This document shows positions 37,720 through 50,807 of a DNA stretch of 61,916 nt, piece by piece (the first letter of the stretch is position 1; each line of letters begins with the position of its first letter). The stretch is from positions 122,273,759 through 122,335,674 of the forward strand of contig NC_068984.1 of the NCBI RefSeq assembly GCF_001194135.2, in the 5' to 3' direction. Both the position numbers and the translations under genes were made by a program. The stretch is from Octopus bimaculoides. Taxonomy: Eukaryota. Below the pieces are notes generated by a model, which saw only the letters and a program-made list of their open reading frames with translations, searched no databases and was not told where the DNA came from.

Positions 37720-38623
37720 GTAAGTAAATAATCTTTAGTTGTACATCACAACCATCATTCCTTCTCAATTTATTATATCTAATCACAAGAAAATTAGGCA
37801 CCAGAGATATTTCAGAAACTGTTTCTTGTAAAAATGGATTTGTCTTCAGAAGTGTAACAACATCAGTGGACTTTGATTTGAAAGGTTTAAGAGGTTTTTA
37901 TTAATCAAAATGTAGACATCATTTAAGCAATCTGGACATAATTGCTAAGGGATTTTTTTAACCTGACTCAACATATACATCAATGAATCTGTACTTTTAG
38001 TTTCTCTTTAGTCTTCTTCAAAGGGATCTCTGTAACCCCTGAAATTATTTGTCCTTGGTATCCTTGTGCTCTACACTCCTTATAGTGGATGCCACCATCT
38101 CCAGCTGTTTGGCAGTGGTGCCCTGTTCCTGCCTATACAAACTTGGTTATTCCTACAACATCTGGTTGGGCAATGATTTTCATTTGTCAGTAAACATCTG
38201 GCAATGTATCTGTTCATTCTTTCAGACATTTAATAAGAGGCCATTGAATTCTATTAGAACTTATACTGTAAATTGTTTTGGCATTAAGAAGAGCATCCAG
38301 CCATAAAAACCACGTCAAAACGGACCTCACTGGTGCTGGTACCACATAAAAAAGCACTTGGTCTTCTCTGTAAGGTGGTTGGCATTAGGAAGCGCATTCA
38401 GCTGTAAGAAAAACCATGCTGAAGCAGACAATGGAATCCGGTGTGGCTCTTGGCTTTATCAGCTCCTATCAAAACTATTCAACCCATGCAAGCATAGCTA
38501 ACAGACAAAATGATGATGGTGATGGAAAAAGACCCCCTTAAACTTATGGCGATGTACCTTCTGTATCATCTGTTTATTGAAAATATATGTTGATTATGAA
38601 GATTCTCTTTGAATTTTCTTCAG

Positions 38624-38675
38624 AATGCAGTTGGTTTGACACTGAGTATTCCAATGCCAGGTCACCATGTTACAG
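38624..38675 (+). CDS. ATG7: ATG7 exon 12 (NAVGLTLSIPMPGHHVT)
   Basis: cttcag acceptor, CAG|gttggt donor, 52 nt; SIPMPGH motif. Confidence 0.95.
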
Positions 38676-39115
38676 GTTGGTACAGTTTTATATTTTTTCT
38701 GATGTCTTAATTCTCCCTGCTTCACACATCATTACCTCACTGGCATCACTGCCATCTCTCATTCTTCCATTGATGTCATACTAATAGATAATATGTCTAG
38801 AACTTTCCATCTTAATCGTCTATGTTCATGTTGCTTTCTCTCTACAACATTATTTCTATACCTCTTTCCACCACACTCTGTCTCACATGACTCTCAGTCA
38901 TTCTGAACACCCTTTTTTTCTTTTTCTGTATACCTTACATTCTCTCCTACACCCATTACTCCTACTTTCTGTCCTTTGTCACATATTTTGTCCTTCATTT
39001 TCTTTCTTCTCTCTCTCCCTTTTTTCTTTATCCTCTTGTCATTTGTTCTTCCTTTCTCATAATTTCCTCTTCCTCTCCCTGTATCACACATTCAGCCCTT
39101 CATCTCTCTCTACAG

Positions 39116-39252
39116 ATGGAGTCCTGGAGCAAACAAAAAAAGACATAACATTTTTGGAACAATTGATCTCAGAGCATGATGTGATATTCTTGTTGATGGA
39201 CACCCGTGAGAGTCGATGGCTGCCTTCCCTCATTGCTGCATCACAGCAAAAG
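39116..39252 (+). CDS. ATG7: ATG7 exon 13 ([46 protein letters not shown])
   Basis: ctacag acceptor, AAG|gtatat donor, 137 nt; [17 protein letters not shown] motif. Confidence 0.97.
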
Positions 39253-39656
39253 GTATATAAACATACAAGTAGCTATACTTTTTTAAAAATTTGTTTTTTT
39301 AGGTTGTTGAATCTGAAAGAAAAGACACTGTCCATAAATTTTGCAGGCCCCAGTGAGCTTGATGCTGTTGAGAGAGGTTTCCAGAGGATTGATATTCTGA
39401 GGAGAAAGGACTTGGTATAATGGTTAATGTGAGGCCAAAAGGGATGAATGAGTTAGGAGTGCCTGAGAGAAGGAGGTGCAAGACCAACCAGCTCTGTTCC
39501 AATTCAGTTCTGCTGGTTTAGCACTGACTTGAGACTAAGTAACCCCTATATTGTTACTTAGTTAAATTAAACTGTAATACAGCTACTTATGATGGCATGA
39601 TGTCTTCTTATTAACCCTGCCAAGGATTTCAGTTGATTTAATTTATTAAGTAAGTC

Positions 39657-40054
39657 TAGAAAGTTAAAGAAGTGATTTTAAATTCTCAATCGCAGGATAA
39701 TGCTAATAATATAGACCGAACAGGATAAACTACCCCTGTGGACTCAAACTCACATCTCCGTGATTACGCGTCACGATGCTCTGACTGATTGAGCTAAACT
39801 CCCCCACTACAGATTCCTCTGCAAATTTACGATGTATAGAAATCTCGTTTTATGAGACACTATCATATGTTAAATTCAAATTACGACAAACGAAAATAAA
39901 CAAACGAAGTTTGCTTTTAGAGGCGTTGAGTTCGAGTCCACAGTTAACCACCTACACTTTTTTCTGCAAAAATAGGGGTAGTTTATCCTGTTCAGGCTAT
40001 ATTATTAGCATTATCCTGCGATTGAGAATTTAAAATCACTTCTTTAACTTTCTA
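39657..40054. mobile_element. Fold-back element in ATG7 intron 13 enclosing a tRNA-like unit
   Basis: 39657-39737 is the near-perfect reverse complement of 39974-40054; pairing continues (GTGGACTCAAACTCA vs TGAGTTCGAGTCCAC) past a 30-nt insert in the right arm. Confidence 0.85.
39738..39804 (-). pseudogene. tRNA-derived sequence (Thr-CGT-like anticodon); pseudogene or SINE head
   Basis: GGGGAGTTTAGCTCAATCAGTCAGAGCATCGTGACGCGTAATCACGGAGATGTGAGTTTGAGTCCAC: A-box-like, D stem GCTC/GAGC, anticodon stem CGTGA/TCACG with loop CGCGTAA, B-box-like; no acceptor-stem pairing. Confidence 0.6.
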
Positions 40055-40189
40055 AGACATCTCAACACTTCTAAAAGCAAACTTTGTTTGTTTGTTTACA
40101 TTTGTCGTAATTTGAATTGAAGTAAGTCTAGTTATTCAACAATTTATTTTATTTGAAGCCCAACCTAACATATTTTCCTAACCATCCAG

Positions 40190-40363
40190 ATTGTCATCAA
40201 TGCTGCCTTAGGGTTTGATACATTCCTCGTTCTACGGCATGGTTTGAGAAACCTAGATGATGTTGACAATGCCACAGAAACTGATGCAGAAATTCTCAAG
40301 GGTAACCTTGCTGGGAACAAACTTGGCTGTTACTTCTGCAATGATGTAGTTGCTCCTGGTGAT
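40190..40363 (+). CDS. ATG7: ATG7 exon 14 ([18 protein letters not shown]...[14 protein letters not shown])
   Basis: tccag acceptor, GAT|gtgagt donor, 174 nt; INAALGFD and zinc-binding [12 protein letters not shown]. Confidence 0.97.
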
Positions 40364-41779
40364 GTGAGTATTATTTTAATAACTCTTTCAGTTTTTCAAA
40401 TTCTACACATTTAGCTATGTCATGGTAGAGTAATTCAGTTGAGACAGTTCTTACATCTCACTTATAATGTTTTCATATTCTAGTATATTTCTTTTTTTAA
40501 AAAGGATAAAAATAGTTTATGTCATTCTACTTGGAAAATGAAGAAATTGCTTCTTGTAGTTAGAAATGGTAAAGAAAGTGCTTATAACTTATTAGTTTTC
40601 GAAATCAAAAACTGACCCTAATTGATTGATTAATCAAAACTAATTTCACCTGTCCAGTATAGTAGACTGCAACCAAATCACAGTGTAACTCCAGTTGGTA
40701 ATAAAATGAAATATGTAGTATGATCATGCAATTTATGGGACATACCAACACATGTTAATACTGTGTACAGACACCTCAAAAGTAAATAGACATCATCATT
40801 TTTAAAAGATTTATTTTTCCTTCCTTCCTTTGGATATTTGCTGGTTGAAGATGAAGCATTTTTTTTAATAGCTGCTCTACTACAGTAGCCAAGTTGATGG
40901 AGATATCTCACAGAAGTACCCTGATTCATTTGAAGTTGCTCTGCAGCATCAGCAGCTTTGCAGTGAAGATTATTTTCAATAATCCACTTGACAGCTTAAA
41001 GACGCCTGTCAGAGATTCCTGTTTGACTTATGTGGGAAGCTGTTGATTCCTTCCCTTTGCTAGTGAATTGTACAATCACTCTGTTGACTGTGGCAAGAAG
41101 GTTCCCAAAGTTTTATGAAGTCAAACACTGGTTAAGTCCACCTTCAGATTGACCCTCAATATGCCCTCTTGAAATATCAGACAACTCTTTTGCTTTTGGT
41201 GTTTGCAGCATGGGTAGCTGTTATAAACAATCAATATACTGTAATCTGAAATGAATAAAAAAAAATACATAGATGCATGTGTGGCTGTGTGGTAAGAAGT
41301 TTGCTTCCCAACCACAAAGTTCCAGGTTCAGTCCCACTGCATAGCGCCTTGGGCAAGTCTTGTAAGTGGGTTTGCTAGACAGAAACTGAAAGAAGCTTGT
41401 TATATAGATATATGTATGTGTGTGTCTGTGTTTGTTTCACACCACTGCTTGACAACTGGTGTTGTGTTTACATCCCTATAATTTAGTGGTTTGGCAAAAT
41501 GGCTCAATAGAGTAAGTACCAGGCTTTGAAAAAAAAAGTACTAGGGGTCATTTTGTTTAACTAAAAGTTCTTCAAGATGGTGCCCCAGCATGGCCGCAGT
41601 CTGATAACTGAAACAAAAGAGAAAAGATTAACAAGGTATGAAACACAAATAAAAAGGTACAATGGGAGGTGTCTATTTATATTTGAAATGTCTTTGTATG
41701 TTGTTCACAAACATTAATGTCCACTTTTACATGAGATACTTGCTACAAATATATCAAAATAGACCCTTTTTTGTTTCAG

Positions 41780-41895
41780 TCCACTAAGGACCGTACATTG
41801 GATCAACAATGTACAGTTTCAAGGCCTGGAATGTCCATGATTGCAGCTGGCATAGCTGTGGAGTTGATGGTCTCCATTTTACAACATCCCCTCAG
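41780..41895 (+). CDS. ATG7: ATG7 exon 15 with the catalytic Cys ([38 protein letters not shown])
   Basis: tttcag acceptor, CAG|gtaagg donor, 116 nt; [14 protein letters not shown] with the Cys codon at 41810-41812. Confidence 0.97.
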
Positions 41896-41949
41896 GTAAG
41901 GAACTTATATTCTGATATCACAGCAGCTTTTTCTTTCGTTAATATTTAA

Positions 41950-42169
41950 CCCTTTAGCATTTAAACTGGCCATATCTGGCCAAAATATTCTGCCTGTTTT
42001 GTGTTCAAATTGGTCAGATCTGGTCCCTCACACCAATTCTACAATATCATTCTAAAAATTAATAGTTACCTCATCAAAATCTCATAGCTACAAGATAATG
42101 CATGATTAATTCAAACCAATGTGAATAAATAATCGTTACTTTTGATAGAATAATGTGAATGCTAAAGCA
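41950..42169 (+). mobile_element. TTAA piggyBac-type MITE, copy 4 (ATG7 intron 15)
   Basis: TTAA|CCCTTTAGCATTTAAACTGGCCAT...AATGCTAAAGCA|TTAA. Confidence 0.85.
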
Positions 42170-43164
42170 TTAATTCATTGTTCTTTTTCATAGTTATTGT
42201 AAATACCTACACCTCTACATCTCTGTATATACACATCTACATCTTTACATATTTTCTTGTTTGCACATTCACCTCCATACTTTTTCCCTACCTTAACCTA
42301 CAAACTAAGTTTTACTCCACTATAATCCTACTCATCTACACAATGTTTTCTCTGTTGAGTGTCCATATGAGTGGATCCCACAAAACAGTGTATGTGGGTA
42401 GTCATTTTGCAATCATTGATGCCATTAGAGAGAGATACATGTTATTTGCACAACAATAGGAAGGGTATCCAGCCATAGAAACCATGACACAACAGACAGT
42501 TGGAGTCTGGACAACTCCCTGCAAGCCAGCTCCACCAGCTCCCCCACCACTTGCTTTTCTGGTACTCATATTATTGATCCTGGAACAATGAAAGACAAAG
42601 TAGACCTCAGTGAGATTTGAATGATTGAGAAATTCTCAAATCAACAAGCATCTAAGGTAAAGGTTTATTGAAACTATAACCTGACTCCACCAACATAGTG
42701 TAAAATTAACAAAACAGGATGGATAACTACTGGCTGAAACTTCCTTAATTCCTTAAATGATTAAAATATGTACCAGATCATATAGAAATGTCAATTATGC
42801 ACCAGTGTTATATCCAAGGAGAAATGTTTTGTATTAGAGAGTCTCTGGAGTGAATCATCTGGAAATGTTACCTTGCTTCGCCTAAATTGACTGGCTTCTT
42901 CTAAACTGAATTAGATTTATCTCATCAAAATGCCTCTGGGGCTATACACTTTATTATATAGAAGTTAACTCCTTAATACAAAGTAGGTACCATTATCATC
43001 TGGGCATTTGTTTGTACCTCTTAGTCAAGGAGGTAAGGACAACCCTGTGATGCTTGTATTTTTTGTAGGGCCTCTAAAAGTGATGAAGTTATCTTAAAAA
43101 CCAGTAAGCTGGTCTCACCTATCATGAGGTAATTTTACCTTGCACTTAGATAATCTTGAACTAA

Positions 43165-43385
43165 AGCAGGAGCTTCTATGTGGTCATATACCTTGTTAAA
43201 ATTAGCAGCCAAATTCCTCTTAAATCATAGTATAGCATCTTAAAGGTGGAAGGACACATTAGACAATGTAGTCCTGGATACATTAATACATCTGAAAATA
43301 AGATGGGCTGGTCATAGGTGGAACACTTTGATCCTAATAATACTTGAAGACGCCTGCCCTGGGGCTAAACAACAACAACAAACTT
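43165..43385 (+). repeat. Dispersed repeat family E, uninterrupted copy ending CTGGGGCTAAACAACAACAAC
   Basis: Collinear with the flanks of the MITEs at 21922 and 61058 and with a diverged copy near 18910-19075. Confidence 0.7.
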
Positions 43386-43404
43386 AGACACTTTGTTGTC
43401 ATTT

Positions 43405-43516
<112 letters not shown>

Positions 43517-43646
43517 ACACACACAACTACGTATGTTTTTGTAGCATTACATTTGATGTCTTGGTCTTATTGAGTGTTACACTCAACTATTATATATCTA
43601 TATTTTATATTTTGAATATTTCTCCATATATATTATATATCAACAG

Positions 43647-43728
43647 ACAAAAGGCACCAGCTTGTACCAGTACTGATTCTGATTTCCAAAGTGAATCTGA
43701 ATCCTGCCTTGGAATAGTTCCTCATCAG
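43647..43728 (+). CDS. ATG7: ATG7 exon 16 (RQKAPACTSTDSDFQSESESCLGIVPHQ)
   Basis: aacag acceptor, CAG|gtgagc donor, 82 nt; LGxVPHQ motif. Confidence 0.95.
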
Positions 43729-44018
43729 GTGAGCTTTTAGGTTTCTTATTTTTGCTTATAGAAAGCACATTCTTTATTTATGTTTTTCTCTTTTTCTCTC
43801 CCTCCCACCGCATATGAATACAAGGTCCAATGAAAGAGATACTTCATGGTTGCTCACACTTTTCCATTGTAAAAAAAAAAAAAAAAGGTGAACACATCAG
43901 ATGATGTAATCTTTGATGCACTGGATGGTCTTGGCTAAAAAACCTTTGATCAAAGATCTGTTGTAGCAGGGATTTTCATGCTGTACTTGGTGTAAAGCAA
44001 AGTTACATATCTATGCGT

Positions 44019-44055
<37 letters not shown>

Positions 44056-44229
44056 AGGTCGGTTGAGTCATATGGCACTATGTTCTATTTTGTGAGAAGT
44101 TCTAATTGTTAATTCTTATCTGTATTCACCTGATTGATGAAAATGTTTCCTTTTTGCATGATGTAATACTTTTGTTCATAAAGAAAGAACACATATGAAA
44201 CAGCTGTTGTAAACTGCAACCCATCTGTG

Positions 44230-44267
<38 letters not shown>

Positions 44268-44529
44268 TAGGACAATCAGTAAGTTGTTATAATAGAACTC
44301 AGTTTCAAATGCCGGAGCTAAAATCTTCAGGGCATTTTCATCGGCTATTTTTGACGATAGATGCTATGTCTGNNNNNNNNNNNNNNNNNNNNNNNNNNNN
44401 NNNNNNNNNNNNNNNNNNNNNNNNNNNNNNNNNNNNNNNNNNNNNNNNNNNNNNNNNNNNNNNNNNNNNNNNNNNNNNNNNNNNNNNNNNNNNNNNNNNN
44501 NNNNNNNNNNNNNNNNNNNNNNNNNNNNN

Positions 44530-44576
<47 letters not shown>

Positions 44577-44845
44577 GTATATATTCCTCTATTTTCATAA
44601 TATCAAGCTCTTGTTCTTTTGTTGCCATTTTATTACTATTAATTAATGTGTGTGTATATATATATATATATATGTATGTATGTACGTATGTATGCACATT
44701 GCAACAGTCTATTTGAACACAGTCAATACATGTGAGCAAATCTCTCTCTCTCTCTTTTACACACACTCACATATACCCTCTTCACAATGTCCATATGTGA
44801 TTGATTAATTATTAAAACTATCCATTTGGGTTGCTTGATTCACAG

Positions 44846-44926
44846 ATTCGAGGGTTTCTCTCTCATTATCATATTGTACTCCCAGCTGCCAGGGCATTCA
44901 AAAGGTGTACAGCTTGCTCAGACACA
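44846..44926 (+). CDS. ATG7: ATG7 exon 17 (IRGFLSHYHIVLPAARAFKRCTACSDT)
   Basis: cacag acceptor, ACA|gtaagt donor, 81 nt; IRGFLS and zinc-binding CTACS. Confidence 0.96.
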
Positions 44927-45616
44927 GTAAGTTCTTTTCACCATTTTTCAATACTTCAATTATTTTGTTGTTTTGTAATTTTAAAATCCTACCAGCACTA
45001 ACTATTATATTTTACTTTTCATTCCTGGAGTGAGGTTACGGGTGATTAGATACTGGTAATATACTGGTACTTGGTTCAATTCATGGTATCATTTCCCAAT
45101 GTCTCATTCATCATCATTGTCGTTATTAACCCTTTAGTATTCAGATTTTTCTGTCAGATGTAAGACTTATCATTGCTGTCCTTATCATTATGAATATCAT
45201 TGTCTTCGTTATCAACTTCATCATTGTTGTTGCCATCATCATCATTGTCATAATCAATCAACATCATCTTCATAATTATCAACATCATCTTTATCATTGT
45301 CCTCATCATCACTGTCATCATCATCCTCATCATCACTGTCATCATCATCATTGTTATATTTGTTGTCGCAAACGTCATTATCAACATTAGTTTGCTTTCA
45401 CCTGACATTTGTAGATGTAAGCCACAGCTTAGAGGACATGATAAAGTCTGTGGTAATGACAATGGTACCATTTTTTATAACAATGTTGTTGTTGGTGGTG
45501 GTGGGTGGAAAGGTGATGAAAATGATTTCAGTTTTCTTTGGCTGTTGGACTGAACTATTTACCATGATACCAGGGAGTCTGGTTTCTTCTTTGCATTGCA
45601 CTCCACATCTGTTTAT

Positions 45617-46127
45617 CCCTTTTGATATCAACCCACCTGAGACTGCCCTGGTTCTATGATGCAAATTTCTTATTTTAAAGTTGTGTAAATCAAAACCTTC
45701 ATTCAAAATATCATGTTAAATTATGTTCAAAACACCAGGTTAATAATGACAAAGTTGTTGTACTAAATTCTTTGTAACTTTCAAAATTATTTGAAACAAA
45801 GACAGCGTATTTCAGTTGAATTTTTACTCAGTCTTATCACATTATTTGTAATTGTCAAGATTAATTGTAGCAAAAGCAGTATATTTCAGAATTTTTACTA
45901 AATGTTACTGGGTTTTTTGAAATTTTTGAGATTAATTGAAACAAGTCCATGTATTTCAGTAGAACGTTTTACTAAATTTGCCTAAATTCTTTGTAATTGT
46001 CAAGATTAATTGAAATAAAGGCAGTATATTTCAGAATTTTGACTAAATGCTACTAGATTCTTTGTAATTTTCAAAATTAACTGAAACAGAGGCAGTATAT
46101 TTTAGTAGAATTATGGTAACAAAAGAG
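45617..46127 (+). mobile_element. Second piggyBac-type non-autonomous element with an internal tandem array (unit about 65 bp)
   Basis: CCCTTTTGATATC start and GGTAACAAAAGAG|TTAA end; about 5-6 diverged copies of TTCTTTGTAATTxTCAAxATTAATTGAAACAAAGGCAGTATATTTCAG. Confidence 0.65.
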
Positions 46128-46223
46128 TTAATGAATGAGGCATAAGAGCATCAAATGTTAAGAGAAATACTGTCCATATTATACACTCTCTCTTATTCTG
46201 TCTCTTTCTCATTCACTCATCAG

Positions 46224-46343
46224 GTGATCAAAAGTTACCAAAAAGATGGATTTGACTTTTTATTCATGGCCTTCAATATCCCTTCCTTCCTTGAGGATCT
46301 GACTGGACTGACTCAGATGCAAATGGAATCCATTGATGCTGAT
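46224..46343 (+). CDS. ATG7: ATG7 exon 18 (VIKSYQKDGFDFLFMAFNIPSFLEDLTGLTQMQMESIDAD)
   Basis: atcag acceptor, GAT|gtaagt donor, 120 nt; FN..FLEDLTGL motif. Confidence 0.96.
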
Positions 46344-46641
46344 GTAAGTATATTCCTTATTTAAGCCTCATATTTCATCTGTTGAAATATAGATAATGTT
46401 TCCTTGAAATGATGAGCTTGTGAAGTGAACTTAACTGCACAGCCATGCTTTCACTCATTAATAGACAGACAGACAGATAAACAGACACACATGCACATTT
46501 TAGCAGGTAAAGACATGTTTAAGAAATTTATTTCACAACCACATGGTTTCAGGTTCAGTCTCACTGAGCGGCACCTTGGGCAAGTGTCTCCTATAGCCCT
46601 TGGCCAACCAGTGCCTTGGGATTCTGCTTATTCATCACACT

Positions 46642-46674
<33 letters not shown>

Positions 46675-47337
46675 TTCTACTATAGGCACAAGGCATGAAA
46701 ATTGTGGGAGAGAGATAGTCGATTACATTGACCCCAATGTTTCACTGGTACTTAATTTATTGACCCCCGAAAGGACGAAAGGCAAAGTCAACCTCAATAA
46801 TAATGATAATAATGATGATGATGGATTCTCCCATTGACTGAAGGGAAAGGTGTCTTTCCTCAATGCTTTCAGGCTTGTCTACTGTACAACCTCAATTACA
46901 TCAACCCCAATATTCAACTGGTACTTATTTTATCAACCTCAAAAGAATGAAAGGCAAAGTTGACCGTAGTGGAATTTGAACACAGAACATAAAGACAGAT
47001 GGAATACCACTAAGCATTTTGCCTGGCATGCTAACAATTCTACCAGATCACTACCTTTATATTAGTAGCAATAATAATCCTTTCTACAATAAGCACAAGG
47101 CCTAAAATTATGGAGGAGGGTTGACCAAATTGTGTCATTGGTACTTATTTCATTGACCTCGAAAGGATGAAAAGCAGTCAACCTTGGCAGAATTTGAACT
47201 CGGGACATAAAGCTGGAAGAAATGCTTCCAAACATTTTGTCTGGTGTGCTAACAATAATAGCAATAACAATACCGACAATCATGATAATTTTGAGTGTTG
47301 CATTTTTAAAACTAAAATTTATATCCCTTCTTTTCAG

Positions 47338-47385
47338 ATCTTGTCACTGAGTGATGATGATGATGATACTGGTTCTTCTATGTAA
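47338..47385 (+). CDS. ATG7: ATG7 terminal exon 19 (ILSLSDDDDDTGSSM*)
   Basis: ttttcag acceptor after a pyrimidine tract; acidic tail as in human IWDMSDDETI; TAA at 47383-47385. Confidence 0.9.
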   Translation: MLSLSDDDDDTGSSM

Positions 47386-47503
47386 TGGTTCACCAAGGGA
47401 TTTTCCCTGTCAGAAGAAAGTAAAATGCCATCTATGACAATTCTGTTTTGGCGATCAGAGAAGATGGCAGCCACAAAAAAAGAAAGGAAATTGTGTTTGT
47501 GTG

Positions 47504-47544
<41 letters not shown>

Positions 47545-47901
47545 CATGCATATAAAGAAAAAAAAAACAAATATCAACTTTGATCTCCTTTCAGATTCTT
47601 CTGTTTTCTTATATTCTTTTGTCCCCGATCCCCTGTTATCCAGTACATTATGTTAATATTTGACCAACTTCTCTCATGACTCTCTATTTTGCCATTTGAT
47701 CAATTTCCCTATTTGTGGACCAATATAATACTTTCCACCCACTGCCATGGTCCCCCTTTTTTTTTTCTGATATTTAAAAAAATTTTCTTTTATAACCCCT
47801 GTATTTAATTTTTGGTTTGTCAGATAAATTTGTTCATTTTTTTCCCCAATTTGTCACTCTTTTGTCATATGCTTGAAAAGGGGTAAAAATTTCAAAAATG
47901 A

Positions 47902-47929
47902 AATAAAAATTTGTTTGAGGAAGAATAAA
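47902..47929 (+). terminator. Candidate ATG7 polyadenylation signals (two AATAAA)
   Basis: AATAAA at about 47902 and 47924, roughly 520 nt past the stop, after a U-rich segment. Confidence 0.4.
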
Positions 47930-48289
47930 AAGTAAGTACTGTCTTGAGTCTTAAGACTCATAATACCAGTTACTCAGTTTCCTTGGTGTATAAATGGACC
48001 ACGATTACAACTTTCCTCCTGTATGGGATGTCTGTCCATCATAGGGTTACTCATTTAGAAGTGAGTAGACTCTGAAGCTATGTGAAATGAAGTGTTTTGC
48101 TCAGAAACACAATGCACTGCTCAGTCCAGCTGTTGAAACTGTGATCTTGTGACCATGAGTGGTAACACATGAACACTACAATAAAAACTTTTCATGTTAA
48201 TTCATATAACATTGGAAACAACTAAAATAAATGAAGAAAAAAAAAAAAAAGCAAATTTATCTGACAATCTAATATGTTGCATGATTTCT

Positions 48290-48680
48290 CACCCTACTTG
48301 TTTGTGTCTTATTTTCTACTCTTCCACCAACCATCATTGGTATGTTGTATTCATTTTCTACACCCCTATATTCTGTTATATTAATATCTACACCCCGGTA
48401 TTCTGTTATGTTGTTAATTGCTCCTCTCTTGTGGTCTGTTATAATTTTTTTAAACACACCTTGAGGTTCAGTTTTATTACCTTCCTACATGCTGCAGAAA
48501 ATTATATTAATTTTCTATACCTCTGTGATCCATTATAAATTTTCTACACCCTTGAGGTACCTTATATTTTTTTCTATACCCTTATAGTCAATAATATTCT
48601 TTTTGATATGCCCCTATGTTATATTACTTTATATACCCTCAAGATCGATTGTAATTATTTCTTACATCCCTGGAGTCCAT
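48290..48680. repeat. Degenerate minisatellite, core TTTTCTACACCC (unit about 30 bp)
   Basis: Repeated TCTA(C/T)ACCC motifs. Confidence 0.55.
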
Positions 48681-48727
48681 CATCTTAATTATGTGCAATA
48701 ACTAATTCCCAATACACACATACATGC

Positions 48728-48781
<54 letters not shown>

Positions 48782-49437
48782 CTATCATGTATATAAACAT
48801 GTTGGTTATCACAATATATACATATTACATATCTGCACCAGCTGACTCACTCTTCACGCTGCAGTCACTGTAGTTCCTTTACCACCCACACACTTTATAT
48901 ACTGTGGTCCAGCTGTTCCAAGTTAAATCTACCTATACTCTTATAAGTGTGTGTCTGTGTGTCTGTGTGGAGTGGTAGGAGTGGAGGGAAAGCATTTTGT
49001 AAGAAGAAAATCTATTAATTTATGGGATGCAAGGTGTTTTTTGTTTTGTGTAATCTGTACATAGCTTACAGAGGAAAGGCTCAGCCTCTAGCATTCGGTG
49101 GTTATTTTGGAACTGAGACAAGAAAAATTCAGAATCACATACACAGAGAATAAGGGAATAACTTCAATATACACATCTAAAACATGCAGACACTTCTATA
49201 TCATCATCATCATCATCATCGTTTAACGTCCGCTTTCCATGCTAGCATGGGTTGGACGATTTGACTGAGGACTGGTGAAACCGGATGGCAACACCAGGCT
49301 CCAGTCTGATTTGGCAGAGTNNNNNNNNNNTGCTTTTATTTATTAATTATTCTATATGTGACTGGATTTTCATGGATTAGTTCATGAACTTTGGTTCTTT
49401 TCTCTAAAACTATATATATATATATATATATATATAT

Positions 49438-49860
49438 CTTTCATCTTTTACTTGTTTCAGTCATTAGACTGCAGCCATGCTGGAGCACCGCCTTGAAGAA
49501 CTTTCAGTCAAATGAATCGATCCTAGTACATTTTTTTTTAACCTGATGTTTATTCTATTGGTCTCTTTTGCCAACGGCTAAGTTACAAGGATGTAAGCAC
49601 ACCAACACTAGTTGTCAAGCAATGGTGGAGGACAAACACAGACACAAAGACATACACACAGGTGTGTATACATGTATGTATGCACACAAACACACACACA
49701 CACGTACATATGATAGGCTTCTTTCAGTTTCCATCTATCAAATCTACTCACAAGGCTTTTGGTTGGCCTGAGGCTATGGAAGACATTTGCTCAATATGCC
49801 ACACGGTAAGATTGAACCTGGAATCATGTGGTTGGGAAGCAAACTTCTTACCAGATAGCC
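49438..49860 (-). mobile_element. SINE family A, full-length reverse copy
   Basis: Reverse complement of the 14669 family through to its TTTTACTTGTTTCAGTC tail. Further copies near 560-770, 2670-3025, 15893-16240, 17640-17830, 25890-26190, 27880-28030, 29130-29290, 32995-33110, 33783-34170, 36495-36640, 41270-41610 and 46500-46620. Confidence 0.8.
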
Positions 49861-50774
49861 GATCACAGGATATAGATGTAAGCTACTATAATTTAAAATT
49901 TAAATTCTGTGTTTTATCATCATCATTTAACATCTGCTTTCCATGCTGGCATGGGTTTGTTTGACTGGAACTGGTAAGCTGGAGAGCTGCACCAGATTCC
50001 AGTCTGATTTGGCATGGTTTCTATGGCTGGATGCCCTTCCTAATGCCAACCACTTGAAGAGTGTAATGGGCACCACCAACTCAGATGCGTTGATGTGTCA
50101 CTGGTATGGGTGCCAGTTACATGACCCCGGCATTGGCCAGAGCCATGATTTCACTTCGCTTGATGGGTCTTCTCAAGCACAGCATATCGCCAAAGGTCTC
50201 AGTCACTTTTCATCGTTTCTATGAGGTGCAATATTTGAAGATCATGCTTCACCATATCTTCCTGGGTTTACCTCTTCTACAAGTTCCCTCCACAGTTAGA
50301 GATTAGCACTTCTTTACACAGCTGTCTTCAATGATATTTATCTCTTACTGGATGGAGAACTTTATATATATGTATATATATGGCAACATATATTCTTTTA
50401 TTCTTTTATATATTTCAGCCTTGAGGCTGTGGCCATGCTGGGGCACCATCATATATAAGTAACAATTGTAAATTTGGGTATAGACCTTGTAGCAATTTGT
50501 TTAAATCCAGCTCACCCATGAGGCACTGGTGCATGCTCATAGCGAATAATAAAGAGTCTTGTGAATTCCACTTTCTTTTTGTCATATATATATTAGTGGC
50601 ATATGGTGGTTGTTGCTGCCACACCCAATGCCACCAAATTTTAAGCTGGGGTATAACAAAAGTTTTCCATAAAGATTTGTGATTAAATTAATGAGAAAGG
50701 TCAATAATTATAATGAATTTGCCATTTTCGATGGGTGTGCAGGGCACACCTAGCACACCCAAAATATACACCCT

Positions 50775-50807
<33 letters not shown>

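Noticed and set aside
38887-39420. 177-aa ORF
   Set aside because: Only 39116-39252 is ATG7 exon 13; the rest is stop-poor pyrimidine tract and intron read-through.
39738-39804. Functional tRNA-Thr gene
   Set aside because: Acceptor stem cannot pair, the T stem has a deletion, and G replaces the invariant U33.
45154-45706. His/Ser/Met-rich ORFs that look like metal-binding peptides
   Set aside because: Degenerate (CAT)n low-complexity intron sequence with no splice or homology support.
48847-48920. Minus-strand exon ending in a GTGAGT donor
   Set aside because: All frames stop before the donor and the acceptor is purine-rich.
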